Positions 17,203-26,055 are shown, counted from the stretch's first letter. The stretch is 64,000 nt of DNA from an uncultured Candidatus Saccharibacteria bacterium (GCA_964604415.1 CAZRYT010000001.1:4818-68817), one strand, 5' to 3'. Translations and numbers: made by a program. Notes: generated from the sequence alone by a model not told the origin.

Positions 17203-19569
17203 TTAAGACTCGGATTTTTGACGACGAGATTCGAAGTAGCTATCCACGCATTGCCTGACGATTTCAACGGCTTTTTTCTGACGCGGACTTCCTTTACCTA
17301 GCTCGTGTCTAGAATTATTGAACAACTTCATAGCTATCATGTTTACAGCCGTGACAGGCGTTTCATAAATATCGGCGGTATCAAGATTTAACAGCCCAGC
17401 TGTCTGCAAGCGTTCCATATTGGTTTTGGTGCCAAATATTGTACTGTTACCCTTCATCCTAGCGTTACGGGCAGAGATCGTCCCTTCTACCATTAGACCC
17501 TCTTCTTCTAATTGAGAGATAGTTTCACCAATTTTGTGTCGCCAATCCTTCTCCCATTCACCGTTGGATTCGCTACTTTTTTGGGCACGCTTGCTGGCTT
17601 TTTTAGCTGTTCGTTTGCTGTCTTTTTCGGTTTGGCTTGGTTGTTGTTCAGGAACCGGCGCTGTGGCCACTGGATTTGGGGTAGCTTCAGCCAAGGCTTG
17701 TTCTTTTTCGGCTTGTTGCTGCGCCTTTTTAAGCCTTTCTTTAGCGGCTTGTTCAGCGATGTACTGAGCTCGTTTTTCTAAGATCTCGGCTTCGTCATCT
17801 TCTGACTCAAATGTAGCTCCATGACGAGTGCTGTCAGTCGCATTAACTTCGTAATTTAGCTGTAGTTGTACCGGCTCTCGGCCATCATCAAAATCGTAAG
17901 CAACTCCCCAGAAAACTGTTGGCTGGTTGCCGATATCATTTACGAATATCCTACGCCCGCGCGCTCTTAAAGCCGCCTCAAAAACCGGCCGAGTAGCTTC
18001 ATCACTTAATCTGTCGTAAACATAATCAATCAGACCGAGCCTGGGGTCACCGACTTCAAAACTATCTAGTAGTTCGGTGAGATTTTCTGGCCGAACCGCA
18101 TTACTCAAAATAGCGTAAACACGGGAGCGCCTAGCGTCAATTTCTTGCTGTGTGGCTGGACGTCGGCGCGAATCAAACTCAATGTCAGCATTTTCAAACG
18201 CCTCGACAACCTCCTCTGGAATGGCTGGTATGCCGAGATGTTCTAACAGCCGACCACGGTCATTGAAATATTGTGTCAACAAGGCGCCTTTGCGAAGTGT
18301 CAGCTCATGCTCAGGTGCTTCTTCATCAGCTTCAATCGGAGCCTTAGGAGCGCCATCAGATACCTTTTCTCTCAAGTAGTAGCCTGGCTCGACACGCGTA
18401 CCTTTGCCGGGACGCTTAGCATCGGTTCGTACAGATACCAATTCATATAGATCACCCAAGCCCTTTTCTCTCAAAGCAGACATAATAGAGCCTGTGGTAG
18501 AACTCAATATATATTTACCGTCTTTACGGTGGGCTATTTCATTAGTGGTATATACCCCGGATTTAACCAAATCATTTGTAGTAAGTGGTCTCTCTTGAGT
18601 AGCCCTAAGCAAAAGCTGGAAGGCCAGTGCAACTTTACCACCCATAGTTTGGCCATTCGGTAATTTAGCGACACCCAGCAGGACATCGTCATAAACTTCC
18701 TCAATCTGTTCAAATTTCAAGTCAAAATTGCCAAGGCTATACATTATTAGGCGTGGTTGAACTTTATCGACATTAATAAGAGGCTGTCCTTTGTGAGTCA
18801 GGTCATCCCGCAAGAAGTCGCCTATGTAATTTTGCCAAGTCATACTATAAAATTCCTTGATACCTAGGGTTGCGTAATCCCAAATGTCTTTGGCTCGCAG
18901 TTGCTCATTGGGGTGGTCGGCAATATATTCGATCGCGCGCAAGCGACATTCCTCAACAAAAGTCTCGTCTTCGACAGAACTAGTGCCCCCTCCCATTCGC
19001 CGGCTAAGCGGTATTGGCTTATTGCCAACTAGCAAGACATTGTTGCCTTTGTAGACCATAACTTTTAGTGGTGTTCGGTTACTTTCTTGCTCTGACGCAC
19101 CAGGTTCTGGCTCAATTGGTTGAGCCGTCGGCTCGGGTTGCTGGGCAGATGTTTCGGTATCCCTCTGGCTAAGCGACACTTTGCCTATCCTGGATGCAAA
19201 AAATTTACCAAACAAGTAAGCTTGGGCAAACTTTATGTCGTCCTCGGAGTAAGGTTCGCCTCGTGGCAAAGCGGCCAAACGGGCTTGAATACTTTCTTCA
19301 CTAATCAAACCATCTTTATAGGGCTTAGTATTACGCAGATTTTCAATCTTGCGTATTGTCTCGAGGGTCTCAGGTGTAACGGGCGGCTCAAGGGCAGCTA
19401 TAAAATCGGGCTCTGCTTGTGGTGCTAGTGAATCCATAGCCAAGACTGCAGTATCAATACTTTCAGATACTACTTCGGCTAAATCTGGGTCAGTAGCTAG
19501 CTCTTGTAGCTCTTCCCAATTCTTGTACATCTCTCGATAAGAAGATGCGCGCTCACTAAACTCTGGCAC
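17203..19569 (-). CDS. Large hypothetical protein (788 aa), no recognisable domain
   Basis: GTG start preceded by AAGAGG. Acidic N-terminus and a K/A/E/Q low-complexity stretch near residue 600. No P-loop, signal peptide or TM helix. Confidence 0.7.
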   Translation of the reverse strand: MPEFSERASSYREMYKNWEELQELATDPDLAEVVSESIDTAVLAMDSLAPQAEPDFIAALEPPVTPETLETIRKIENLRNTKPYKDGLISEESIQARLAALPRGEPYSEDDIKFAQAYLFGKFFASRIGKVSLSQRDTETSAQQPEPTAQPIEPEPGASEQESNRTPLKVMVYKGNNVLLVGNKPIPLSRRMGGGTSSVEDETFVEECRLRAIEYIADHPNEQLRAKDIWDYATLGIKEFYSMTWQNYIGDFLRDDLTHKGQPLINVDKVQPRLIMYSLGNFDLKFEQIEEVYDDVLLGVAKLPNGQTMGGKVALAFQLLLRATQERPLTTNDLVKSGVYTTNEIAHRKDGKYILSSTTGSIMSALREKGLGDLYELVSVRTDAKRPGKGTRVEPGYYLREKVSDGAPKAPIEADEEAPEHELTLRKGALLTQYFNDRGRLLEHLGIPAIPEEVVEAFENADIEFDSRRRPATQQEIDARRSRVYAILSNAVRPENLTELLDSFEVGDPRLGLIDYVYDRLSDEATRPVFEAALRARGRRIFVNDIGNQPTVFWGVAYDFDDGREPVQLQLNYEVNATDSTRHGATFESEDDEAEILEKRAQYIAEQAAKERLKKAQQQAEKEQALAEATPNPVATAPVPEQQPSQTEKDSKRTAKKASKRAQKSSESNGEWEKDWRHKIGETISQLEEEGLMVEGTISARNARMKGNSTIFGTKTNMERLQTAGLLNLDTADIYETPVTAVNMIAMKLFNNSRHELGKGSPRQKKAVEIVRQCVDSYFESRRQKSES

Positions 19570-19597
19570 TTTAAACCTCTTTTAAGAAAACCAAACT

Positions 19598-19626
19598 ATT
19601 ATAGTAGTTTGTGGCTACAACGTCAA
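19598..19626 (-). promoter_or_regulatory. Consensus-like promoter TTGACG-17 nt-TATAAT driving the 788-aa gene
   Basis: The minus strand reads ttagTTGACGttgtagccacaaactacTATAATagtttgg, about 25 nt upstream of the SD and GTG. Confidence 0.65.
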
Positions 19627-19639
19627 CTAACTTTGTTAG

Positions 19640-20803
19640 TTACTTAGTTTCTTCTGTACCGTGTTCTTCGATAGCTTCCAGCAGAGAACTTTCCAATTGT
19701 TCCTTTTTCTTGATCTTCGGGACAACGACTTTGGCTTTTGGCTCTTGGGCCGGCTCTGGAGCAGCTTGCTCAGAGTTTATGTCAATCTCATAGCCAGTTA
19801 GCTTGCTGGCCAGGCGGACGTTCTGGCCACTTTTACCAATAGCAATGCTCAACTGATCCTCTGGCACGATGACTTTGGCTTTTTTGTTCTTCTCATCCAA
19901 AACCACCTTGGTAACCTTGGTTGGGCTTAAGGCATTACTGATATATGCAATCGGGTCATCACTCCAGACCACGATGTCGATCTTCTCCTGCTCGCCAACT
20001 TCACTAATGACAGCATTAACACGTGTACCATGGCCACCAACAAAGGTACCAACTGGGTCAACGCCCGGGACGCTGCTGGCGACGGCAATCTTTGACCTAA
20101 CGCCACCCTCACGGGCGATGCTTTTAATCTCAACTGCACCGTTTTCCATCTCTGGGACTTCGGCTTTGAAAAGTAACTCAATAAATTGTGGATTACCACG
20201 CGATACAACTAATTGCGGGCCGCGGAAACCACGTTCGACGTCTTTTAGGTAGATCTTTAGACGTTGGCCCGGATAGTAGCGCTCAGATTGAATTTGCTCA
20301 CTTCTGGGCATAATACCTTGGGCTTTACCAAGGTCAACCCGGACTATATTACCCTCAACTCGAGCCACAATGCCATTAACGATAGTGCCGATTTTGTCTT
20401 CATATTCTTCCATGATGATTTCGCGCTCAGCTTCACGTAAGCGCTGCAAGATAACCTGTTTGGCAGTCTGGGCAGCCACGCGGCCAAATGATTCAACCTT
20501 TTGGTGAACTTCGATGATGTCACCAACTTTGGCATTCTTTTTCATAACCTGAGCCTGACTTAGGCTAATCTGCATATGCTCGTCGTCGACTTCATCGACA
20601 ACTTCCTTGCTAACATAAGCATCGACTTCACCGTTGTTTAGGTTCATAGTGACGCGGACTTCTTGCTCACGGTCACCGTAATCACGCCTAAAAGCCGCCG
20701 CTAGAGCTTGCTCCACAATCTCTTGCACGACGTCTTCGGGTAGGTCTTTTTCCTCAGCAATTGTTTTAACCGCTAAGGCTAATTGTTTTATGTCTAAATC
20801 CAT
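19640..20803 (-). CDS. nusA: Transcription termination/antitermination factor NusA (no C-terminal AR repeats)
   Basis: 387 aa with N-terminal domain, S1 domain and KH1/KH2 (GKSGQNVRLASKLTG), plus a short K/E-rich tail. Confidence 0.95.
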   Translation of the reverse strand: MDLDIKQLALAVKTIAEEKDLPEDVVQEIVEQALAAAFRRDYGDREQEVRVTMNLNNGEVDAYVSKEVVDEVDDEHMQISLSQAQVMKKNAKVGDIIEVHQKVESFGRVAAQTAKQVILQRLREAEREIIMEEYEDKIGTIVNGIVARVEGNIVRVDLGKAQGIMPRSEQIQSERYYPGQRLKIYLKDVERGFRGPQLVVSRGNPQFIELLFKAEVPEMENGAVEIKSIAREGGVRSKIAVASSVPGVDPVGTFVGGHGTRVNAVISEVGEQEKIDIVVWSDDPIAYISNALSPTKVTKVVLDEKNKKAKVIVPEDQLSIAIGKSGQNVRLASKLTGYEIDINSEQAAPEPAQEPKAKVVVPKIKKKEQLESSLLEAIEEHGTEETK

Positions 20804-20822
20804 TATTTCTCCTATATTTCAT

Positions 20823-20848
20823 GAAAAAAGTCGACCTGCTGGCCGACT
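20823..20848 (-). terminator. Intrinsic terminator/attenuator in the nusA leader
   Basis: On the minus strand, AGTCGGCC-AGCA-GGTCGACT forms an 8-bp stem (one G-U pair) followed by TTTTTT. It ends about 19 nt before the nusA ATG, just ahead of the AGGAG SD. Confidence 0.65.
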
Positions 20849-20860
20849 AGTACAGAGTGA

Positions 20861-20889
20861 ATTCTAACTGCTTAAGATGGCTTTGTCAA
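20861..20889 (-). promoter_or_regulatory. Promoter TTGACA-17 nt-TAGAAT upstream of the nusA leader
   Basis: The minus strand reads gTTGACAaagccatcttaagcagtTAGAATtc. The -35 box lies in the last codons of the upstream 190-aa ORF. Confidence 0.6.
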
Positions 20890-21444
20890 ACCACCAGCGA
20901 CAATATCCATTGCCCTAGAGGTCAGATTTATAACTTTCTCAAAATGATAGTATTTTATAGCTGCAAAATCATCATCCAGCTGTCTACAGATTTCCTCCTC
21001 TAGCGGCTGAAGCGGTGTACCTTCTTCTGGAGCAATAATATCTTCTTCATATGGACGTCTGAGCGACCAACTGAAACGACTTAATGGGTCTAGATAATAA
21101 CTTGCCCCATCATCGCGGTACCTTAGGTCATAGTGGCTGGCAAGGGTTACAGAACCAAACTTGCCTGCCCTGGTAATATAATTGGACACTAGGTAGTCAG
21201 AGTCTTTGCTACCATAGCTTCCCAGAACCCCAAGTTTCTCGTTATATCCAGAATAGTCTTGCAGGCCCAATTCGACGCCACTATACATGGCTCCACCAAC
21301 GATCTCATAAATTGATTTGAAATTATTGACACTGGCTAAACTCAATAACCTCTCAACGCAATTATGCCAAAGCATTAAACGATTTGAGTCAACAGCAGGT
21401 TCTCGCGGATTTTTTGGATTAATTCCAATCTCGGGTGTAGACAT
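20872..21444 (-). CDS. Hypothetical protein (190 aa) in the position usually held by rimP
   Basis: ORF with ATG preceded by TGgTATAAT and a 7-nt gap. No recognisable motif. Confidence 0.55.
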   Translation of the reverse strand: MSTPEIGINPKNPREPAVDSNRLMLWHNCVERLLSLASVNNFKSIYEIVGGAMYSGVELGLQDYSGYNEKLGVLGSYGSKDSDYLVSNYITRAGKFGSVTLASHYDLRYRDDGASYYLDPLSRFSWSLRRPYEEDIIAPEEGTPLQPLEEEICRQLDDDFAAIKYYHFEKVINLTSRAMDIVAGGLTKPS

Positions 21445-21500
21445 TTAACCTATTATACCATATTAAGGAAGTTCTGTAATGTTTGTGTAGAATATAGGTA

Positions 21501-24116
21501 ATGACCAAAAAGGTAAAAAGGCTGTACGAACAGTTCCAGCCGAGACACTACATCTTAGATTTGGCGATAGATAAAGAAAAAATGGTTTTTTCTGGTCAGG
21601 TTATTATTGCTGGGCAAAAAATTGGCAGACCATCACAAAGATTAACTTTTCACCAGAGTGGACTCAAAATCAAGAATGTTCATGTGGTTCGTCATGACCG
21701 CAAGGGTGATCAAGAGCAAAAAATTGAACGTTTGAATACACACAAAGCTTATGAAGAAGTTCGGCTGCACAGTAAAGCGATGTTATACCCAGGCAGCTAC
21801 ACCATCAGATTGGAGTTTTCCGGCAAGATTACTCGACAGATGAATGGTATTTATCCTTGCCTCTTTGAATACAAGGGCAAGCAAGAAAAGCTGATTGCTA
21901 CCCAGTTTGAGAGCCATCATGCCCGCGAGGTTTTCCCTTGTATTGACGAGCCAGAAGCTAAAGCAACTTTTGATCTGAGTCTGATAACTAAAAAAGGCGA
22001 AGTTGTCCTCTCCAATACACCAGTAAAAACCGAAGAGACAGAAGGTAAGTTAACTACAACTAGCTTTGAGACCACTCCCAAAATGTCAACGTACTTGCTG
22101 GCATTTGTCATTGGTAAGCTTAGCTACAAAGAGGCCAAGACAAAAGACGGTGTAGTTGTACGGGCCTACGCCACGCCAGACAATGTAGGCTCGACCGACT
22201 TTGCGCTCGAAACGGCCGTCAAGTGCCTGGAATTTTATAATGATTATTTTGCTATTCCCTACCCGCTGGCCAAGTGTGATTTTGTGGCGTTACCGGACTT
22301 TGCCAGTGGTGCTATGGAAAACTGGGGTGTTATAACTTTCCGCGAGCAAGCTCTGTTGGTCGACCCTAAAAACTCAACTCTGGCCAGTAAACAATACGTT
22401 GCCTTGGTGGTGGCACATGAGCTCACGCACCAATGGTTTGGCAACCTAGTTACCATGCGCTGGTGGACCGACCTGTGGCTAAATGAAGGTTTTGCTAGCT
22501 GGATGGAATATTTGGCAGTTGATCATCTTTACCCTGACTGGCATGTCTGGACGCAGTTCCTGGTAGATGAACAACAGCAAGCCCTGAAGCTTGATGCCCT
22601 AGAACACACCCACCCGATTGAGGTGACGGTTAATCATCCGGATGAAATTCGTACTATCTTTGACGCCATTAGTTACAGCAAAGGCGCCAGTGTTATTCAT
22701 ATGTTGGAGAAGTATTTGGGTCATGATGTTTTTCAGGGCGGTCTTAGGCACTACTTGAACAAACATCAATACGCTAATACTGACACGGTGGATCTCTGGG
22801 CCAGTTTAGAAGAAGTATCCGGTAAACCAGTCAAAGAGTTTATGCAGGCCTGGACTACGCAACCAGGTTTTCCACTGCTAGCCGCTAATATTAGCGACAA
22901 TCAAATCAGCCTGGGCCAGAGCCGTTTCTTTGCTAATCCAGCTCACAAGAAACTGCCAGATCAACTTTGGCCTGTACCCCTTCAGGCATTAACACCAGAA
23001 ATACCAGCTACCTTGGAAGCGTCACACAAAGACTTCCGCGTACCGGAAACACGGCAGCTCAAATTTAATGTCGGACAAAGTGGTTTCTACCGAGTGGCCT
23101 ATAACGCTACGCAACTCGAACGATTGGGTGATCAAATTCAAAAAGGTCATATGCAACCCGAAGACCGGTTGGGTATAATCTCTGACTTGTTCGAAAACGC
23201 TAAAGCCGGCAGTAATGACACCGTCGACGCGCTGCACTTCCTAAGTCATTTTGCCGAAGAAGATAATTACGCCGTTTGGGACACAATTGCTGGAGCAATT
23301 GGTTCACTGAGGCTGACAATGGACGACGAAGCTCTGCGTGATGACATGAAGCCATTTATTCTGCATCTCGTAGCTTCTCAACTCAAGCGCCTTGGCTGGC
23401 AACAGAAAAAGACGGATAGTCATTTCGATAAGTTACTTAGGCCAATCATCCTGAGTCTGGCAGCCAATTCTGATGAAGCTGCAGTGGTCAAACAATGTTT
23501 TGATTTATTCAAGAAAATTAAGCACCCAGAAGACGTGGCGCCCGAGCTAAGAGTTACGGCCTCACCCACGCAAGTAAAACGCGGTATCGATATTGATCCT
23601 GATCTGCGTGGTACGGTTTTTGGCACGGTCGCCAGATTAGGTGGTAAAACTGAGTTTGATAAGCTAGTGGCCTTGCACAATAACTCAACCCACAGCGAAG
23701 AGCGCACAACCCTAACCGCTGCCATCACCGGCTTCAAGCAGCCCGAACTGATCAAACGAGCTTTAGCCATGATAACTTCGGACAATGTGCGCTTGCAGGA
23801 CGTTGCCTATTGGATAGCCTACTCATTCATGAATCGTTATGCTAAAAAGCTAGCTTGGCAATGGACCAAACAAAATTGGGGTTGGCTTGAGGAAAATCTG
23901 GGCACCGACCTTAGTTTTTACAGGATGCCAATTTATACAGCCAGAGTTTTCAGCGAGAAAAGTTTTATAAAAGAATATAAAGGATTCTTTAAACCACGAT
24001 TATCAATTGCTTTTGAGCGTTCATACAATCAAGGTCTAGAACTGCTAGACATTCAAATTGCCTGGAAAGAGCGTGCTCTAAAAGAAGTCAAAACCTTCTT
24101 CAAAAATCAATCGTAA
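21501..24116 (+). CDS. pepN: Aminopeptidase N (M1 family)
   Basis: 871 aa. GAMENWG exopeptidase motif, HELTHQWFGN-x18-E zinc site and an ERAP1-like C-terminal domain. Confidence 0.93.
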   Translation: MTKKVKRLYEQFQPRHYILDLAIDKEKMVFSGQVIIAGQKIGRPSQRLTFHQSGLKIKNVHVVRHDRKGDQEQKIERLNTHKAYEEVRLHSKAMLYPGSYTIRLEFSGKITRQMNGIYPCLFEYKGKQEKLIATQFESHHAREVFPCIDEPEAKATFDLSLITKKGEVVLSNTPVKTEETEGKLTTTSFETTPKMSTYLLAFVIGKLSYKEAKTKDGVVVRAYATPDNVGSTDFALETAVKCLEFYNDYFAIPYPLAKCDFVALPDFASGAMENWGVITFREQALLVDPKNSTLASKQYVALVVAHELTHQWFGNLVTMRWWTDLWLNEGFASWMEYLAVDHLYPDWHVWTQFLVDEQQQALKLDALEHTHPIEVTVNHPDEIRTIFDAISYSKGASVIHMLEKYLGHDVFQGGLRHYLNKHQYANTDTVDLWASLEEVSGKPVKEFMQAWTTQPGFPLLAANISDNQISLGQSRFFANPAHKKLPDQLWPVPLQALTPEIPATLEASHKDFRVPETRQLKFNVGQSGFYRVAYNATQLERLGDQIQKGHMQPEDRLGIISDLFENAKAGSNDTVDALHFLSHFAEEDNYAVWDTIAGAIGSLRLTMDDEALRDDMKPFILHLVASQLKRLGWQQKKTDSHFDKLLRPIILSLAANSDEAAVVKQCFDLFKKIKHPEDVAPELRVTASPTQVKRGIDIDPDLRGTVFGTVARLGGKTEFDKLVALHNNSTHSEERTTLTAAITGFKQPELIKRALAMITSDNVRLQDVAYWIAYSFMNRYAKKLAWQWTKQNWGWLEENLGTDLSFYRMPIYTARVFSEKSFIKEYKGFFKPRLSIAFERSYNQGLELLDIQIAWKERALKEVKTFFKNQS

Positions 24117-24547
24117 CCTATCTCTAGATACGATTGATGTCCCAAATAACCATTTTCAATAATTATCCTGAAATCTTCGATTACGTCTTTGGGTAAATTA
24201 TTAGGATCTACCCTTACTAACTCAGAACACAGTTTAGGTTCGTTATTGATAGGCTCTTCATTTGCTTCAAGCCTAAGTCTAAACTCATAGGCGACATATT
24301 CTGCTGTATTCTTGCGAGCAGCCACGCAATAAAAAATAAATCGCTCCTCTGGTATTTCTAGGCCGATCTCCTCTCTAACTTCACGAGCTACAGCTTGCCG
24401 TGGTGTCTCACCAGCTTCTACATGTCCACCGGGCAAGCAAAGTTTACCGTCTTCCCAGCCTGTATTTTGACGTCTGCTTAACACTATTTGTCCATCAATC
24501 TCACATAGGACATTAGTAGAACTACGAATGAGATTTTTCTCCGACAT
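24107..24547 (-). CDS. NUDIX hydrolase
   Basis: 146 aa. NUDIX box GGHVEAGETPRQAVAREVREEIGL. Confidence 0.85.
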   Translation of the reverse strand: MSEKNLIRSSTNVLCEIDGQIVLSRRQNTGWEDGKLCLPGGHVEAGETPRQAVAREVREEIGLEIPEERFIFYCVAARKNTAEYVAYEFRLRLEANEEPINNEPKLCSELVRVDPNNLPKDVIEDFRIIIENGYLGHQSYLEIGYD

Positions 24548-24548
24548 A

Positions 24549-24890
24549 TTATAAATCTGTCACAAAATGAGATATTTGCAAGCCGGGGCCTGAAACTTCT
24601 AGCGCAGACAGTTGATAGTCCCCCGCCCAACGCTGCTGGCTGACCCACATTTCGGCTGCAAAAGACATTTGCTCTAGCTTTTTAGGTGTAATGTAGTCCA
24701 AGCCACCTCCAAAAGCGTCTGATTTACGGAATTTAACTTCGACAAAGTAGATAGTTTTGGCTTTTTGGGCAACTATGTCAATCTCGCACCAGCGGGTACG
24801 CCAGTTTTGACCCAGTATTTTAAAACCTTGGTCTTTTAAATACAGCGCAGCAGCAGCTTCTGCCTGGCGACCACTGACAAAAGTTGTCAT
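24549..24890 (-). CDS. yraN: YraN-family (UPF0102) endonuclease-like protein
   Basis: 113 aa. The EIDIVA...VEVK core is typical of UPF0102. It overlaps rnhB by 4 nt. Confidence 0.8.
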   Translation of the reverse strand: MTTFVSGRQAEAAAALYLKDQGFKILGQNWRTRWCEIDIVAQKAKTIYFVEVKFRKSDAFGGGLDYITPKKLEQMSFAAEMWVSQQRWAGDYQLSALEVSGPGLQISHFVTDL

Positions 24891-25450
24891 ACCAAGAGCG
24901 CCTTAACTGGTTTATAGGAGCGGCGATGTACCTGGCTGACACCATGTTTTTGCAGTAATTGCAGATGCAGCTTGGTACCATAGCCAACATGCTTATCAAA
25001 TTTATAATCCGGGTAGAATTGAGCTAGCCTAGTCATGTGTTGGTCGCGTTTGACCTTAGCGTAAATACTGGCGGCACTTACGATTGGCTGAGAGGCATCG
25101 GCTTTAACCATCGTCTTTACATTTACAAATTCGGCTGGGCAATAATTGATAAGACCGTCCATGATGATATGCTCATCCACTAATGTGCCAAGTGCCATTA
25201 GGGCCCGGCTGACGCCTAGGCGCAATGCCCGAGTTATACCAATTTTGTCGATCTCTTCTGGTTGAACCCAGCCTTCGCCCAGATCGCAGCATTCTACTAT
25301 TGGTTCAAAAAGTTCTTCGCGCTTTTTTCTGGATAAAACTTTGGAGTCGGCCAATCCGTCTGGCAAGACTTGTTTGGCACGGGCAGCAACTACAAGTAAA
25401 GGACCGGCCCAACTACCGCGTCCAACTTCATCTATACCAACAACCCGCAT
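24887..25450 (-). CDS. rnhB: Ribonuclease HII
   Basis: 187 aa. N-terminal GIDEVGRGSWAGPL catalytic motif and DSK. Confidence 0.92.
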   Translation of the reverse strand: MRVVGIDEVGRGSWAGPLLVVAARAKQVLPDGLADSKVLSRKKREELFEPIVECCDLGEGWVQPEEIDKIGITRALRLGVSRALMALGTLVDEHIIMDGLINYCPAEFVNVKTMVKADASQPIVSAASIYAKVKRDQHMTRLAQFYPDYKFDKHVGYGTKLHLQLLQKHGVSQVHRRSYKPVKALLV

Positions 25451-25475
25451 GGGTTTATTCTAGCACTAAATTTTT

Positions 25476-26021
25476 CTATTCTTCTTCGCTGGTCTCAGAT
25501 TTAGCAGCTTGGTCGTGGGCGGCTAAAGCGGCGGCGGCTTTGGCCTCTTCTTTTGCCTCTTCTTCAGCCTTCTTAGCAGCATCAATTTCATGTTGTTTGG
25601 CAGCTTCTTCTTTGGCAATGCGCTCAGCTTCTTCGGCTTCAAGGTCGCGTACATCATTGACAGCTTGAGCGTCAAAGTCTAGGCCGGTCAGACGAGCTGA
25701 TTTGCCAGTGCGCTCACGCATATAAGTAAGATAATTGCGACGGACCTTGCTGCGCTTGGTAACGTCAATCTTAACTACCAAAGGACTGTGTAGTAAAAAG
25801 CTTTTTTCTACACCAACACCACTAGCAATACGGCGGACTGTAATACGGCTGGTGTGACTACCTTTGCGGTCAGTACGGATAACCAAGCCTTGGAAGATCT
25901 GAATACGCTCTTTACTGCCTTCACGAATTTTCTGATGCACTTTAACGGTGTCACCAGACCTAACGTCTACGACTTGTTTCTTGCGGTACTTGTCTTCAAT
26001 TTTGCTAATAACAGATTGCAT
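25476..26021 (-). CDS. rplS: 50S ribosomal protein L19 with a ~65-aa A/E/K-rich C-terminal extension
   Basis: The first ~115 aa are colinear with bacterial L19 (FRxGDTVKVHxKIxEG...RIQxFxGxVI). The remainder is low-complexity. Confidence 0.92.
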   Translation of the reverse strand: MQSVISKIEDKYRKKQVVDVRSGDTVKVHQKIREGSKERIQIFQGLVIRTDRKGSHTSRITVRRIASGVGVEKSFLLHSPLVVKIDVTKRSKVRRNYLTYMRERTGKSARLTGLDFDAQAVNDVRDLEAEEAERIAKEEAAKQHEIDAAKKAEEEAKEEAKAAAALAAHDQAAKSETSEEE

Positions 26022-26055
26022 AACCTGAACACTCTACCCTACTCTAGAGATTTTT

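Noticed and set aside
17540-17760. Repetitive-looking nucleotide stretches in the 788-aa gene (17540-17760), the L19 tail (25490-25680) and the acidic ORF (63650-63800), considered as tandem repeats or arrays.
   Set aside because: They are low-complexity coding sequence (K/A/E/Q or D/E runs) without a fixed repeat unit or spacers.
17203-19569. The possibility that the 788-aa gene downstream of nusA is a divergent infB (IF-2).
   Set aside because: It has no GTPase G1 (GxxxxGK[ST]), G3 (DxxG) or G4 (NKxD) motifs anywhere in the sequence, and no colinearity with IF-2.
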